Shown piece by piece: positions 18,383 to 28,569 of a stretch of DNA of 64,000 nucleotides. Position 1 is the stretch's first letter; every line of letters starts with the position of its first letter. Position numbers and translations under genes: made by a program. Source of the DNA: a virus; IMG/VR virus record IMGVR_UViG_3300042731_011319, positions 45,723 to 109,722 of that record; one strand, 5' to 3'. Below the pieces are notes generated by a model, which was given only the letters and a program-made list of their open reading frames with translations, did no database searches and had not been told where the DNA came from.

Positions 18383-19201
18383 CTAAACCTTTATCCATTT
18401 TTCTGGCCTCAAGTCTTTTGCGTTATCTAGTCCTAATTTATAGTTATCAAGTTTAAGATTCGAGCCAAACCATATTTGCGGACATATGACAATTTGATCG
18501 GAGTGAGTATTTAACCATGCTCCCCACCATGAAAACGATGAGTTTGCTATTATATTATAGTTACACAAAGACATCAACCACATATCTATATAATCTTTAT
18601 TGCCCTCCATAAAAATAAATCTATCCCCTTTAAAATTTTCTTTGCACCATGGTATATCATCAGAAAAAATCAAGAATTTAACTCCGTCCCCAATCAAGCT
18701 AATCGATTCTAAATAATACTCTAAACCACATACTGGATGTTGATCAGATAATGTTAAATAATCGCCCCGCCTAACATGTATTGAGCATGTAAAATCATTT
18801 AAGAATCTACCGTACTTGCTAGTGATAATATCCATGCTGCTCTCATCGATGCTAAATAAAGATATTATGTCATCTCTGTTATGAGCGAAATATCTTTCGC
18901 TTTGGAAATACCCTGACAACTTAAGATTGGGCTCATAAGGTATCTTAGCATACTCGAACGCAGGTTCTTGATAAATAGTAGCCGTAGTAAAATCATCGGA
19001 AAACACAACATTTCGTAATATATTCTCTTTGTAGCTACTAATAGCGCCATGTGGCGAAAAAACATCATTCGGGTCAAACGCGCAGTTATCATCATTATCT
19101 AGAGCCATAGAAAAGGCCGCAGATATTTGAAACATATAATTCCCCAAACCTCCCATTAGCGATGTTGTTATCATTTTTATATTTAGAATAGATTTGTACA
19201 T
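18383..19201 (-). CDS. alpha-1,2-fucosyltransferase (GT11); start may be 19174
   Basis: GGLGNYMFQ, GYFQSERYF, IHVRRGDY, FSDDIPWC, NSSFSWWGAWL. Confidence 0.9.
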   Translation of the reverse strand: MYKSILNIKMITTSLMGGLGNYMFQISAAFSMALDNDDNCAFDPNDVFSPHGAISSYKENILRNVVFSDDFTTATIYQEPAFEYAKIPYEPNLKLSGYFQSERYFAHNRDDIISLFSIDESSMDIITSKYGRFLNDFTCSIHVRRGDYLTLSDQHPVCGLEYYLESISLIGDGVKFLIFSDDIPWCKENFKGDRFIFMEGNKDYIDMWLMSLCNYNIIANSSFSWWGAWLNTHSDQIVICPQIWFGSNLKLDNYKLGLDNAKDLRPEKWIKV

Positions 19202-19911
19202 GCGGCGCCATACCCGCGAGCGTATTCAAAAAATAAATCTTTATTATCTTTATAAATATGCGTCCACAGAACTTGATCTGTCCAGATATTATTTCTATCC
19301 ACTAATTTATCAAGGTATTGTTTATATAAAACAGCAAATTTATTTATCATATTTTTATGAATTACGAATGATGTGCCAGCTATATGTTGGTAATAGTTAT
19401 CGCGTTTAACTTCTTGCTCAATATAATCTTTGCTAGAAGAATATATTAACTTGTCTTTTGGTAAATTATTCAATTTACCAATATTTGGAAAAGGAACAGA
19501 AGGAGGAGGTTCCGTGCGGTAATTACATATACCTGCATCTACCCATGCAAAAAAATCTGACGAAAAAGGATTTATTTTCGAAGCCCGTTCAATCATGAAA
19601 ATTTTTTCATTCCATATTAAATTCAATTCTACAGAAGGACAATGAGTCGCATCTGTAATCATTTTATTTTTGTATTTATATGTTGTAAATTCTTCAATAT
19701 CAAACTCTATATAATACGTAGGCAATTCTTTCCTGTATTTTTTTGCTAATTTAATACTTTCTTTATCCCCAAAAAACGCATAAGGGCAATTAATTTTTAA
19801 GGTATTTTTAAACCAATTATTATATTTAATATCGTGTTTGTTTTTAACAGCCCAATATCCAGATACACAAGTTAATTTTGAATTATTCATACTCGTGTAA
19901 GTTTTTTCCAA
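19183..19911 (-). CDS. WlaTC/HtrL-family glycosyltransferase; start may be 19890
   Basis: CVSGYW, IWNEKIF, NPFSSDFFAWVDAG, WTDQ. Confidence 0.7.
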   Translation of the reverse strand: MEKTYTSMNNSKLTCVSGYWAVKNKHDIKYNNWFKNTLKINCPYAFFGDKESIKLAKKYRKELPTYYIEFDIEEFTTYKYKNKMITDATHCPSVELNLIWNEKIFMIERASKINPFSSDFFAWVDAGICNYRTEPPPSVPFPNIGKLNNLPKDKLIYSSSKDYIEQEVKRDNYYQHIAGTSFVIHKNMINKFAVLYKQYLDKLVDRNNIWTDQVLWTHIYKDNKDLFFEYARGYGAACTNLF

Positions 19912-20654
19912 TCAACTTTGCCCTCAGTTGAGTTATTGAATATAAGACTTCCATATTCTGAATCAGAATCTTCTAGACTTTTAGCGCCGCAATAGTTTAA
20001 AAAATCTTGTTTGTAAGCGGCGCCATTAAGCGAATCGAATACTGGAGGTCTCATAAGTATTTGGTCAATGTGGTCATTCCATGGCAATTGCTTTAATATT
20101 TTAGACACAGAATTAATATGAAAAGCTTGAGCAACTGTACCCCACGATGGCATCAGTTTATAAAAACCGTCAGATATATGCCTCGATTCATCAAATTGCA
20201 ATTCAGGTGAAAACTCTATAATTTTCCCGTTGATATTTTCTTTACCTGTTGTTATAAAAAATTTAACAAAATCTAAATCTAGTTCAGATGCCTTGTTTAA
20301 TATGGAAGAAAATACAGAAGTGGCGCCCCCTATTTTAATTTCAACATCATCTTCTATAACAAGAAGCCAAGAAGGAAAGTCGGGATAAAAATTATAATTA
20401 AGATGGTAATCTTTCAACAATTTAACATAAGACAAATTACATCCCAGTTTGCCAGGAAGCCATTTCCACTTATCAATATATTGATGGGTATGATAATTAT
20501 TTTTTCTATCAATTGATTCAAAATGGCTGTAATGATCAATAGCATTTACCGCGTCAAATAATTCTAAATTATCTAAATTTAATTTAGCCTGATTGAAATT
20601 GATAAGACGATTGTGATCTTTAGTAAAAGTGATCATGTAAGATTTAAAATTCAT
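19887..20654 (-). CDS. GT25-like glycosyltransferase
   Basis: FDAVNA, GKLGCNLSY, LVIEDDV. Confidence 0.7.
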   Translation of the reverse strand: MNFKSYMITFTKDHNRLINFNQAKLNLDNLELFDAVNAIDHYSHFESIDRKNNYHTHQYIDKWKWLPGKLGCNLSYVKLLKDYHLNYNFYPDFPSWLLVIEDDVEIKIGGATSVFSSILNKASELDLDFVKFFITTGKENINGKIIEFSPELQFDESRHISDGFYKLMPSWGTVAQAFHINSVSKILKQLPWNDHIDQILMRPPVFDSLNGAAYKQDFLNYCGAKSLEDSDSEYGSLIFNNSTEGKVDWKKLTRV

Positions 20655-20655
20655 T

Positions 20656-21465
20656 CTAATGTATTTTTTGGGCAGTCTTTATGACCATAAAGGGATTATT
20701 TTTTGTTTTGTGCTGATCTAGATCGAGTGTTTTTGAGATGTAATCAAAAAACGGATAATGGCCTGCACCAATAGCCCTATCTTGAGCGGTTTGAGCTTGT
20801 ACTTCTAATATTTTAGTGCCTGGTTCGCAAAAAAATAAATTACTCATGCATGCTCCGTGTGCGCATATAATAAATTTAGCTTGATTGAATAAAAAAACCT
20901 GCATCCGAAAAGGCATTTCTTCGAGAACAACAGAGCGCATCCGACTTCCGTATATATTTTTTAATTTTTCTTCAACTTTATCTACCCCTAATATTTCTCG
21001 TCTTTCTTTTCCGTTAGTTTGATTGGGGTTCGCTAGTTTTAATTCTTCGTCACTTATTAGTTCGGTAGGCTCTCCCCTTTTGATTAATAATATTTCAGGG
21101 GCCGAACAATAAAGCTTGTTCATTTCATCAACCAAGGCTTTGATATCTAAGCGGTTGAATATAAATTTTCTGAAAGATTCAAAATTAGCAAAGTCATTTT
21201 CGCCTTCCTTCCTCTGGCAAACAACATGTTCATAATCAAGAGAATCAAAGGAGTCTAGTGCTAATTCGTGATTTTTCGCTCCAGAAATTTCTTCGTAAAA
21301 AGATGCGAAGTTTCCTAATGTCTGATGGATGCTTTTTAATCTGAAGACATCGGTATAATCAAAAACTCCAGATAAAAATTCAGGATATAAACAATCACAA
21401 ATAAAATGTGCATAGTGGAATAAATTCCCGCCAGTACGCTCATTAGTAACTTTGATAGGTTTCAT
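20656..21465 (-). CDS. GT61 (DUF563) glycosyltransferase
   Basis: NLFHYAHF, LEEMPFRMQV, HGACMSNLFFCEPGTKILEV. Confidence 0.8.
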   Translation of the reverse strand: MKPIKVTNERTGGNLFHYAHFICDCLYPEFLSGVFDYTDVFRLKSIHQTLGNFASFYEEISGAKNHELALDSFDSLDYEHVVCQRKEGENDFANFESFRKFIFNRLDIKALVDEMNKLYCSAPEILLIKRGEPTELISDEELKLANPNQTNGKERREILGVDKVEEKLKNIYGSRMRSVVLEEMPFRMQVFLFNQAKFIICAHGACMSNLFFCEPGTKILEVQAQTAQDRAIGAGHYPFFDYISKTLDLDQHKTKNNPFMVIKTAQKIH

Positions 21466-21470
21466 TTCTT

Positions 21471-22274
21471 TTAATTACACTTCTTGGGGGTTTCCCATGA
21501 ATGCTTGTATACAAATTTTCTTTTGCTCATTGTTATTGCATTATAAACGCTTGAGTTCTTAAAATCAACAGAAGTAGGGTCGGGAAATGAATCCATGAAA
21601 AATTTAGTTAATTTCACGACATAGGGAGGAGTATTTAAAAATATATCTGACCTGAATTTATTATCGTTAAGCCAATCTGGTGATTCAGCCCTGGAACCAT
21701 ATTCAGAATTCATGTCTAAACCTTTTGCATAGCAACAATTGACCCATTCATCTCTAAATTTATTATCAGTAAAAAATAAATCTTTAAAAATAGAATTCAT
21801 CCATAAGAAGGTGTGCATTTTTTGCATTTTACTCCAATAAATATCACATCCCTCTTTCCATTTGTTGATGATGTAGGAAGATTTTTCTGACAGTATGAAC
21901 CAGCTAGCACACCCTATGAAGTCAGTTTTTGGGTCTATGCATGCATGATACATCCATATACCTGAATGAGACACGGCTTCTTGAGCCCAGTGATCCAAGG
22001 GCTGCATGCAAAGCAAGGAAGCGTCAGCCCATATACCCCCGTGATTTTTTAATAAAGATAAGCGTATGATATCGCTTTTAGCAGGCTTTCTTATATCTTT
22101 ACTTTTGTCATAAATATAATCTATGTCATCAACATGATCTTTTAAATTATTGAAATCTATATAATGAATTTTCCAATCTGGGTTATTGATTTCCCAGGAT
22201 TCAGACACTTCGCGATATAACCATGGAGCATTGTCCCATCCTTGCAGACATAGTAAGAAAATATTTTTGTTCAT
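21471..22274 (-). CDS. GT32 / capsular polysaccharide synthesis-type glycosyltransferase
   Basis: QGWDNAP, SDIIRLSLLKNHGGIWADA. Confidence 0.82.
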   Translation of the reverse strand: MNKNIFLLCLQGWDNAPWLYREVSESWEINNPDWKIHYIDFNNLKDHVDDIDYIYDKSKDIRKPAKSDIIRLSLLKNHGGIWADASLLCMQPLDHWAQEAVSHSGIWMYHACIDPKTDFIGCASWFILSEKSSYIINKWKEGCDIYWSKMQKMHTFLWMNSIFKDLFFTDNKFRDEWVNCCYAKGLDMNSEYGSRAESPDWLNDNKFRSDIFLNTPPYVVKLTKFFMDSFPDPTSVDFKNSSVYNAITMSKRKFVYKHSWETPKKCN

Positions 22275-22927
22275 TTATTAATGTTGAATTTTAAAATAGT
22301 CTTACCTTGCCAGGGATCAATTTCTGATGGAACAATATCAAACTTAAATAAATATTTTGCCACTGCAAGGTCTTCGTATATATCATTGTATCTAACTTGA
22401 TTAAGCCCAGTAAAACCTTTCCATTTGTTTAATGCATGCGAGCTTAGAAAATAAGTAGTACCGCCATCAATCCAGTCTATGTACTCTCCATCGTATCGCT
22501 TGTTGTACCAAGGGGAATCTTCTTTTACTCTGCCAATGTGCCAGCCTCTTTTACCACCTTTATGTCTAGGCTTAAGTTTAAAGCCGCAATAATGATGGTT
22601 CTTTAATTCATTATATAGATTTGCTTCGCGATGAACGTTCCATTTAATGAAGTCTATGTCGTCATCTATTTTCCAGAAATAATCATAAAGGTCTGCATAT
22701 CCACGGTTAGATAGATAAGTGTAAATCGCAAACATTTTCTCTGGAAGGTCTTCGTATAGATCCCTGCATTTTAATTGAATGACATTTTCTTCTAATTCTT
22801 TTTCTTCTTCGCCGCCAACAAAAATTAAATAATCGCCAAGGTGCCATTTATTAACACGAGCTTTTATTTCTTCTACTCTGTGGATATATTTATGGCAACA
22901 TACAAAAACTTTTAGAATTTTTTTCAT
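22271..22927 (-). CDS. GT31 (galactosyltransferase)-like protein
   Basis: YEDLPEK, KIDDD, GGTTYFLS, YEDLAV. Confidence 0.7.
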   Translation of the reverse strand: MKKILKVFVCCHKYIHRVEEIKARVNKWHLGDYLIFVGGEEEKELEENVIQLKCRDLYEDLPEKMFAIYTYLSNRGYADLYDYFWKIDDDIDFIKWNVHREANLYNELKNHHYCGFKLKPRHKGGKRGWHIGRVKEDSPWYNKRYDGEYIDWIDGGTTYFLSSHALNKWKGFTGLNQVRYNDIYEDLAVAKYLFKFDIVPSEIDPWQGKTILKFNINK

Positions 22928-22986
22928 TAAAATAAAATTTCCCTCTTTAAATGATTTGTTTTAACCTTACTTGATTTAATATGATT

Positions 22987-23616
22987 TTATGACCATTTTT
23001 TGTAATTCATGAATTTAAAATCATTTGCATAAACATGCTCCAATATATTTAAAGACTCTTTGCTTAAAATTTGATCCTTGTCTTTGTTGCCCCCTTGGTT
23101 CTTATGAGGTATATCTGTTTCGATTCCAAGCGTAGATAGAACTTTAGGCAGTTCATTGCTGATGTTTTCTAACCTAATCAGGTTATCGACAAGAAGGTTG
23201 TTGCGAAAATAAAAGCAATTCCATTGAAGCTGAAAATGTAAATCTATCTTGTTTGGATTGGAGGTCTTTGTTAAATTTTTACATACAAAATCATTTATAT
23301 CAGAGCATGGATCTATTCTCTTTTTTTTTGAAAGATAAAAATAAGCCGAAATGAATTTGTCAATAGGGTGCCTAGATATTCCAAATGTTGTTAGGTTCGA
23401 CCATTCTTTGGGGTTTAGATAAATGTCGGCAAGTTTCATCCATTCTTTTTTATCATCTTTTTTGACAACAGCCCTATCTTTGAGAATATTTCTGGTAATG
23501 CTGGTTTGAGCTGCTTTATTAATAGGAATGTAGGCGAACTGGCCAAGCCTGTCAAAAATAACAGGATTGGGAAGCTTGAAAAGATATTCGAACTTATCCA
23601 TGTTTAAAAATTTCAA
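22987..23616 (-). CDS. sulfotransferase (Sulfotransfer_2 family)
   Basis: YIPINKAAQTSI; SRHPIDKFISAY; HFQLQ. Confidence 0.8.
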   Translation of the reverse strand: MKFLNMDKFEYLFKLPNPVIFDRLGQFAYIPINKAAQTSITRNILKDRAVVKKDDKKEWMKLADIYLNPKEWSNLTTFGISRHPIDKFISAYFYLSKKKRIDPCSDINDFVCKNLTKTSNPNKIDLHFQLQWNCFYFRNNLLVDNLIRLENISNELPKVLSTLGIETDIPHKNQGGNKDKDQILSKESLNILEHVYANDFKFMNYKKWS

Positions 23617-24391
23617 GGAAAGCTTTATTTTTCGCCTCGAATTCTGATAGTCCAGATGAAATTAAAGACCATTTTTTACTAAAATAAGTCTTACCTAAAT
23701 GAGATGTAAACTTTTTCGGTTTTTTATCATGATCTAAATGGAAACCAATAGAGTCAAAAGAAAATTTAATAGATTTACCTCTTATTAAAAATCTTCTGGC
23801 AATATCAAAATCTTCCCCTCCCCATCCTCGAAAATTTTCATCTAACCCATCAACCTCTAAGAAGTCGTTTTTTTTACAAGACCAATTTCCTCCATGCATT
23901 CTCTTGGCTACAGTATTCTTGCCGTCAAAAATATAAGGCCTTTCTTTTTTTTCAATAAACCTGGCTCTTCTATCTTTAGTCGCTAAAGACAATATAGAAT
24001 TAAAATCATTTTTAATCACATCACTTGTAATCAGGGAGACTTTATCCGTAGGGATAGAAGGGTATAAGCCAGCAACTACATCATCGTTAAATTTCAAATG
24101 AGATGCTATGTGATTTGGGGACCAAATTATATCAGAATTACCAAAGATAAATCTATCTCCAGATGCTAGTTCTGCGCCCCGATTCCATATATACGCAAGT
24201 CTATACCCTTTGTTTGGACGACTAAAATACTTTATGCCTTCTTTTTCTAAGTATTCTATTGTTCCATCTGTTGAGCCATCGTCTGCTATAATAATCTCAA
24301 AGTCTTTTTCTGTTTGGTATTTTAAACTTTCAATACTTAACTTTAGTGCAGATAAATTATTGTAGGACGATAATATTAAAGACGCTTGCAT
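23594..24391 (-). CDS. GT2 glycosyltransferase with GT7C-like C-terminus
   Basis: SYNN, IIADDGSTDGT, GLDENFRGWGGED. Confidence 0.88.
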   Translation of the reverse strand: MQASLILSSYNNLSALKLSIESLKYQTEKDFEIIIADDGSTDGTIEYLEKEGIKYFSRPNKGYRLAYIWNRGAELASGDRFIFGNSDIIWSPNHIASHLKFNDDVVAGLYPSIPTDKVSLITSDVIKNDFNSILSLATKDRRARFIEKKERPYIFDGKNTVAKRMHGGNWSCKKNDFLEVDGLDENFRGWGGEDFDIARRFLIRGKSIKFSFDSIGFHLDHDKKPKKFTSHLGKTYFSKKWSLISSGLSEFEAKNKAFLEIFKHG

Positions 24392-24399
24392 TTTGATTC

Positions 24400-25119
24400 T
24401 TAAAGATCAGTAGGTTTTTTATTGATTGACGACAAGTATTCAATCATATCTTTTTTATTTGGTCTTTTGTAAGTATGACAATAAAAGTTTTCAAGATACA
24501 TGTCGTTTCTACCGACAAAGCTATGAGTTGATTTTTCGTCTACTTGAACCATATTATTAATTGTTTTTTTTATTTTTTCATCAGAATCGTATAGTTCTGA
24601 TATAACAGAAAAAACGGCATGGTATTCAAAGTCCTTATTCCGATCAAACATAAACCTTTTCTGAAAATTTTCTCGCCACCGTTGTATAATGTAGGAATCT
24701 TTATTCGGACTCAAAAGAAAAAAACTAGCAATTTCTTTGGGGCCCGCATCGTTGATAAGTCTCGGCATGTACCTATATGCAAAGAAGCCTTCTTCATTAA
24801 GATAATCTTTTGCGATATCATTCATGCCAGTAATTGGATATAAGCTAGCATCAGCCCAAACACCCCCATATCTTTCGAGTAAAAGAAGTCTTAATAGGTC
24901 TGACTTATGGGACAAGCGAGCCCTATAAGGAGAATTTTCAAGGATGTCAAAAAAATCAGGCACATAAAATTTAACATTCTTAAAAGAAATAATATTTACC
25001 TCCCAATCTTTATTTAAATTTTTCCATCTTTCTATACATTCGCGGTTTAACTCTGGGATCTTTGGGGATTTCTCCCCTTGAAACCAGCACATCCATATTG
25101 TCTTATTCATAACTAACAC
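24400..25119 (-). CDS. GT32 / capsular polysaccharide synthesis-type glycosyltransferase
   Basis: IWMCWFQG, SDLLRLLLLERYGGVWADA. Confidence 0.82.
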   Translation of the reverse strand: MLVMNKTIWMCWFQGEKSPKIPELNRECIERWKNLNKDWEVNIISFKNVKFYVPDFFDILENSPYRARLSHKSDLLRLLLLERYGGVWADASLYPITGMNDIAKDYLNEEGFFAYRYMPRLINDAGPKEIASFFLLSPNKDSYIIQRWRENFQKRFMFDRNKDFEYHAVFSVISELYDSDEKIKKTINNMVQVDEKSTHSFVGRNDMYLENFYCHTYKRPNKKDMIEYLSSINKKPTDL

Positions 25120-25762
25120 TTCCTCCTGTTTTGTTTTTGTTCCACTTTTTTAAATTATATTGCTCGCCCCATTTTCTGCCAGCATCTTGAAATACACCGT
25201 TGAAATTTATCCGATTAACATGTTTTAAATGATTGGAGTCTTCGGCCCTGGTTTGTTTGTGGTGATTAATTAGCAATTGCTCTGGGTCAATAGATTCTTC
25301 TGAAGCCGCAAAAGGCTCATATACATTTTTTGTAAAAAAATCTTTGCTCCACATGGTTGGGTTAAACGAAAACTCAAAAAAATGATGAAAATGAAAACCA
25401 ATATATTCATAATTACTGGCGACTAACTCTCTCATATTAAATGGAATAAGTAAATCCCAATCATCTTCGAGCCAAATAACATAACCGTTTAAATTATCTA
25501 GCTCATTATATGCAGAACTGATCACATGTTTTGCGGCCGAATAGAAACATGCCTTATCCGATATATGTAGGTCTTGAGTGCCCCCAAGAAAATTTTTAAA
25601 GTTACTTACAGCTTCTTCTGTTTTTTTGAATGGAGAGTCTAAATTAATAAACCATTTATAGTTAATATTTTGCTCTCTAAGTATGTCAAAAAATGGAGGC
25701 AGTGTCTGATTGTGCAAATCAGGTCTATCAATTGCTGTAGTTAATATATATAAGTCATGCAT
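25103..25762 (-). CDS. putative GT-A glycosyltransferase
   Basis: TTAIDRPDLH, WFINLD, VIWLEDDW. Confidence 0.55.
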   Translation of the reverse strand: MHDLYILTTAIDRPDLHNQTLPPFFDILREQNINYKWFINLDSPFKKTEEAVSNFKNFLGGTQDLHISDKACFYSAAKHVISSAYNELDNLNGYVIWLEDDWDLLIPFNMRELVASNYEYIGFHFHHFFEFSFNPTMWSKDFFTKNVYEPFAASEESIDPEQLLINHHKQTRAEDSNHLKHVNRINFNGVFQDAGRKWGEQYNLKKWNKNKTGGSVSYE

Positions 25763-26699
25763 TTTGAGAGGTCTTGATTACTTCTAGCCACTTTTTGTTT
25801 ACAGCATCTATAGAGAAATTTAGTATACTAAAATTAAAAGCATTTTCTATAATTTTTGCAACTGCTTTAGGATTGCTGTTTGCCCAATTAATTTTATCAA
25901 CAAGATCAGATAGATCTTTTTTGATTGGTATATAATGCTCCATGGGAACCAAATCTTTTTCATAGTATGCTTTATGAAAGCGCTCCTGTAAAAAAGTCAA
26001 ACGATGAGACTGAAGAAAGTATTTAACCCTTGGGCTCCAGCCAGAAGCCTGTAGGTCAATAAAATAACTGTAACCAAGAACAGCATCTTCTAGAGAAATA
26101 AAGTTTTGGTCATTTTTATTAGGCTTTGCAAATTTTGCATCAATTAAATCCGGGTTCTGCTCGCTAAGATCAACCAAAGGGCCACGAAGTTTTGGGTATT
26201 TTGTGCCACGCCAAAACATTTTTGAGGAAGCTGGCTTTGACTCTCCAGCAGTACGGATTTTAATAAAGTAACGATCATATTTCATTCCACACCAATCCCA
26301 AAAAGTGAAATCGGGGCAACAAATAAAATCTGGATGATTCCTTAAGTTAAGGGGGCATTCCGGTTCGTTTTTATCAATGTAAGACTGAAATAAAATGGGT
26401 TCAGTTGATTGATTTATGATATCAGCTTTGGGTGGGACATCTATAAAATAAATTTTAACTGGATTGAAGTCTGGAAAGTTTAGAGCCGTATCAGCCCTTT
26501 CAATCTGCTTGATAAAGCTAACTGCTTTTGAGTTTTTTGCATCAAATTTCCATGGAGAGTGATCATAGTAATGGTTTAATAATGAACCATTCTTTTTTTC
26601 AACTACAACCCTGCCAAACCGAAAGCGATCCTCTTCGCAAGTAAGGTCAAAATCAAAAGGTTTTCCTATAATTCTGTATGGTGTAAAATCAGAGCTCAC
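25755..26699 (-). CDS. GT90 (CAP10-like) glycosyltransferase
   Basis: PDFTFWDW, FWRG, IDLQASGWSPRVKY, PMEHYIPIKKDLSDL. Confidence 0.85.
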   Translation of the reverse strand: MSSDFTPYRIIGKPFDFDLTCEEDRFRFGRVVVEKKNGSLLNHYYDHSPWKFDAKNSKAVSFIKQIERADTALNFPDFNPVKIYFIDVPPKADIINQSTEPILFQSYIDKNEPECPLNLRNHPDFICCPDFTFWDWCGMKYDRYFIKIRTAGESKPASSKMFWRGTKYPKLRGPLVDLSEQNPDLIDAKFAKPNKNDQNFISLEDAVLGYSYFIDLQASGWSPRVKYFLQSHRLTFLQERFHKAYYEKDLVPMEHYIPIKKDLSDLVDKINWANSNPKAVAKIIENAFNFSILNFSIDAVNKKWLEVIKTSQNA

Positions 26700-28440
26700 T
26701 TTTTGTTTTTACTTGAGAGTATTTATCGCTATAAAAATTACTAATAGCTTCATCTAAATCAGATGGGGAAGCTAGGGGGTTTTTGTATACCGCAATCTCT
26801 CTAATTAAAAGCTCAGAAATGTGAAGAGCCAATAAAAAAGGAGAATTCTCTTCTTTTAATCTTGAAAACTTCGGATTACCTTCGTTAATTAATATAGTGA
26901 AATTTTCATTATCATCCACTCTTGACATTAGGTTTTTCTCTTCTTCGCCAAAATCGATAATTATATATCGAATTCTCTTCGATTTCTTAAGTTTTTGATT
27001 TTTAAATCTATTCCATAGTGGAGGAATGTTATTTTCGGGTTCAGGCTCTTCCTCCTCTTCCTCTTCTTCGGGCTCTTCCTCTTCTTCGGGTTGAAAGTCC
27101 AATTCTCTTCTGGCAACAATCTCGGCAAGCTCTTTAAGTTCCTCTTTTTCTTTTTCCTCTTGCTCTTCTTCTTCTGTTAACTCTTCCTCTTCTTCTTCGT
27201 CTTCACCTTCGTCGTTTTCCCAGAGGTCCGAAAAATCTTCTTCGTCAAAATATTCAGCAAGCATAGTTGATACTTCGTTGGCTAAAGCATCAAGCATATT
27301 CATTTTTTCCTCTTGATTTAATTTAATATATTCAATGATCCATTCAATAACTACCCTATAACATTTTTCCAGAAAAGGCTTAGTGATTGGGTGGTCATCT
27401 CTTAAACTATGGTGAGATAAATCTTTAGCAGGCATACCCGTGTCGTCAAGAACTTCAGAAAGAGCATTGCACGAAATAAACCCAACTAATTTATTAAACA
27501 CATTATGTATTTTATCGTGATCTAAAAATTCTTCTTTGTTTTTGGATTCAATCCAGCTTATTGTTGATTCAAGTAAATCTTGGTCTGATAAATGAAATGG
27601 GCATATTTTAACTTTTGAAATAATATCAATGTTTTTGAGCGGGTGATTTTTCAACAAAGATCGGTTGTAAACTAAAGATAGTCTAAATTCGATATTAGCT
27701 TTTTTATTTTGACCATAGTAATCATATTCGAATTCCCTATTAATCACTGGAATATTAGACCCTGGAAGTTTATAAATAAACTTTAAACTCTCTCCATTCA
27801 AGGTAAGGTCAAACTTTTTACCCTCTTTCTCTAATTGAGGAATAAGGTGTCCAAAAAATGTGCGAAGCTCATTCTTGATGATTTCCTTGTTCCAGCTATT
27901 TGCTTCAATTTTTCGTTTAACTTTTTGTATTGTTATCCTTGTTCCAGTATCACTTTCAATAGAAGATTCTTGCAAGCTAAGTTCTCTAAGAGATGGAGAG
28001 TATTCGTTTAAGAATGTGACATTAGTTGGTTTATATTCTAAGAGAAAACATTTACCATGAACATTTTTGGTTTCAATTGTCCAGTGAATTTCTGTTTCAT
28101 GAGAAAGTTTGTCATTAGCCAGTTTACCTCCTATACCCATTTGACCTAGTTGAACACCTTTCCCGCCAGTAGTATCGTATGAATTTCCAAAAACAAAATA
28201 CTTGTCAAAAGCGTTCATTCCATTTTCATCAGGAATATGATCAAATCCTTGGCCATTATCAGTTATGATGGCGCAGCAATTCGTGTCACCATAATAAGGA
28301 TGGTGCAAGTCAATAGAGCAAGATGTTGCAAAATTTTGAATGGAATTTTTAACAAGCTCAGTAAAAGCTTGAGGTATGTTTACTGTAGATTGAAGGAGCC
28401 TGCTTAAATTAGCCCCAGTTTTGATCTGTATGTTATTCAT
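26689..28440 (-). CDS. GHKL-superfamily (MORC/HATPase_c_3-like) ATPase with poly-Glu tract
   Basis: ELVKNS (N box), DNGQG (G1), GQMGIGGK (G2), GTRITI (G3); long acidic run. Confidence 0.85.
   Translation of the reverse strand: MNNIQIKTGANLSRLLQSTVNIPQAFTELVKNSIQNFATSCSIDLHHPYYGDTNCCAIITDNGQGFDHIPDENGMNAFDKYFVFGNSYDTTGGKGVQLGQMGIGGKLANDKLSHETEIHWTIETKNVHGKCFLLEYKPTNVTFLNEYSPSLRELSLQESSIESDTGTRITIQKVKRKIEANSWNKEIIKNELRTFFGHLIPQLEKEGKKFDLTLNGESLKFIYKLPGSNIPVINREFEYDYYGQNKKANIEFRLSLVYNRSLLKNHPLKNIDIISKVKICPFHLSDQDLLESTISWIESKNKEEFLDHDKIHNVFNKLVGFISCNALSEVLDDTGMPAKDLSHHSLRDDHPITKPFLEKCYRVVIEWIIEYIKLNQEEKMNMLDALANEVSTMLAEYFDEEDFSDLWENDEGEDEEEEEELTEEEEQEEKEKEELKELAEIVARRELDFQPEEEEEPEEEEEEEEPEPENNIPPLWNRFKNQKLKKSKRIRYIIIDFGEEEKNLMSRVDDNENFTILINEGNPKFSRLKEENSPFLLALHISELLIREIAVYKNPLASPSDLDEAISNFYSDKYSQVKTKSEL
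27034..27247 (-). repeat. GAA/GAG low-complexity tract encoding an acidic linker
   Basis: DEGEDEEEEEELTEEEEQEEKEKEE...PEEEEEPEEEEEEEEPEPE. Confidence 0.85.
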
Positions 28441-28480
28441 GTTTCTATGGTTTTAGGATTGACCAGCTGGGATAATCTGG

Positions 28481-28564
28481 CTATTTGTATCCAACTATAA
28501 CTTGTAGGTTAAATAAATATAGCAAATGAACCCGATTTCTATATGTTGGTATTGGTTTTTTCAT
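28481..28564 (-). CDS. 27-aa small ORF upstream of the GHKL ATPase
   Basis: MKKPIPTYRNRVHLLYLFNLQVIVGYK*; ATG 11 nt after GTGTA (28576-28580). Confidence 0.4.
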   Translation of the reverse strand: MKKPIPTYRNRVHLLYLFNLQVIVGYK

Positions 28565-28569
28565 CAAGA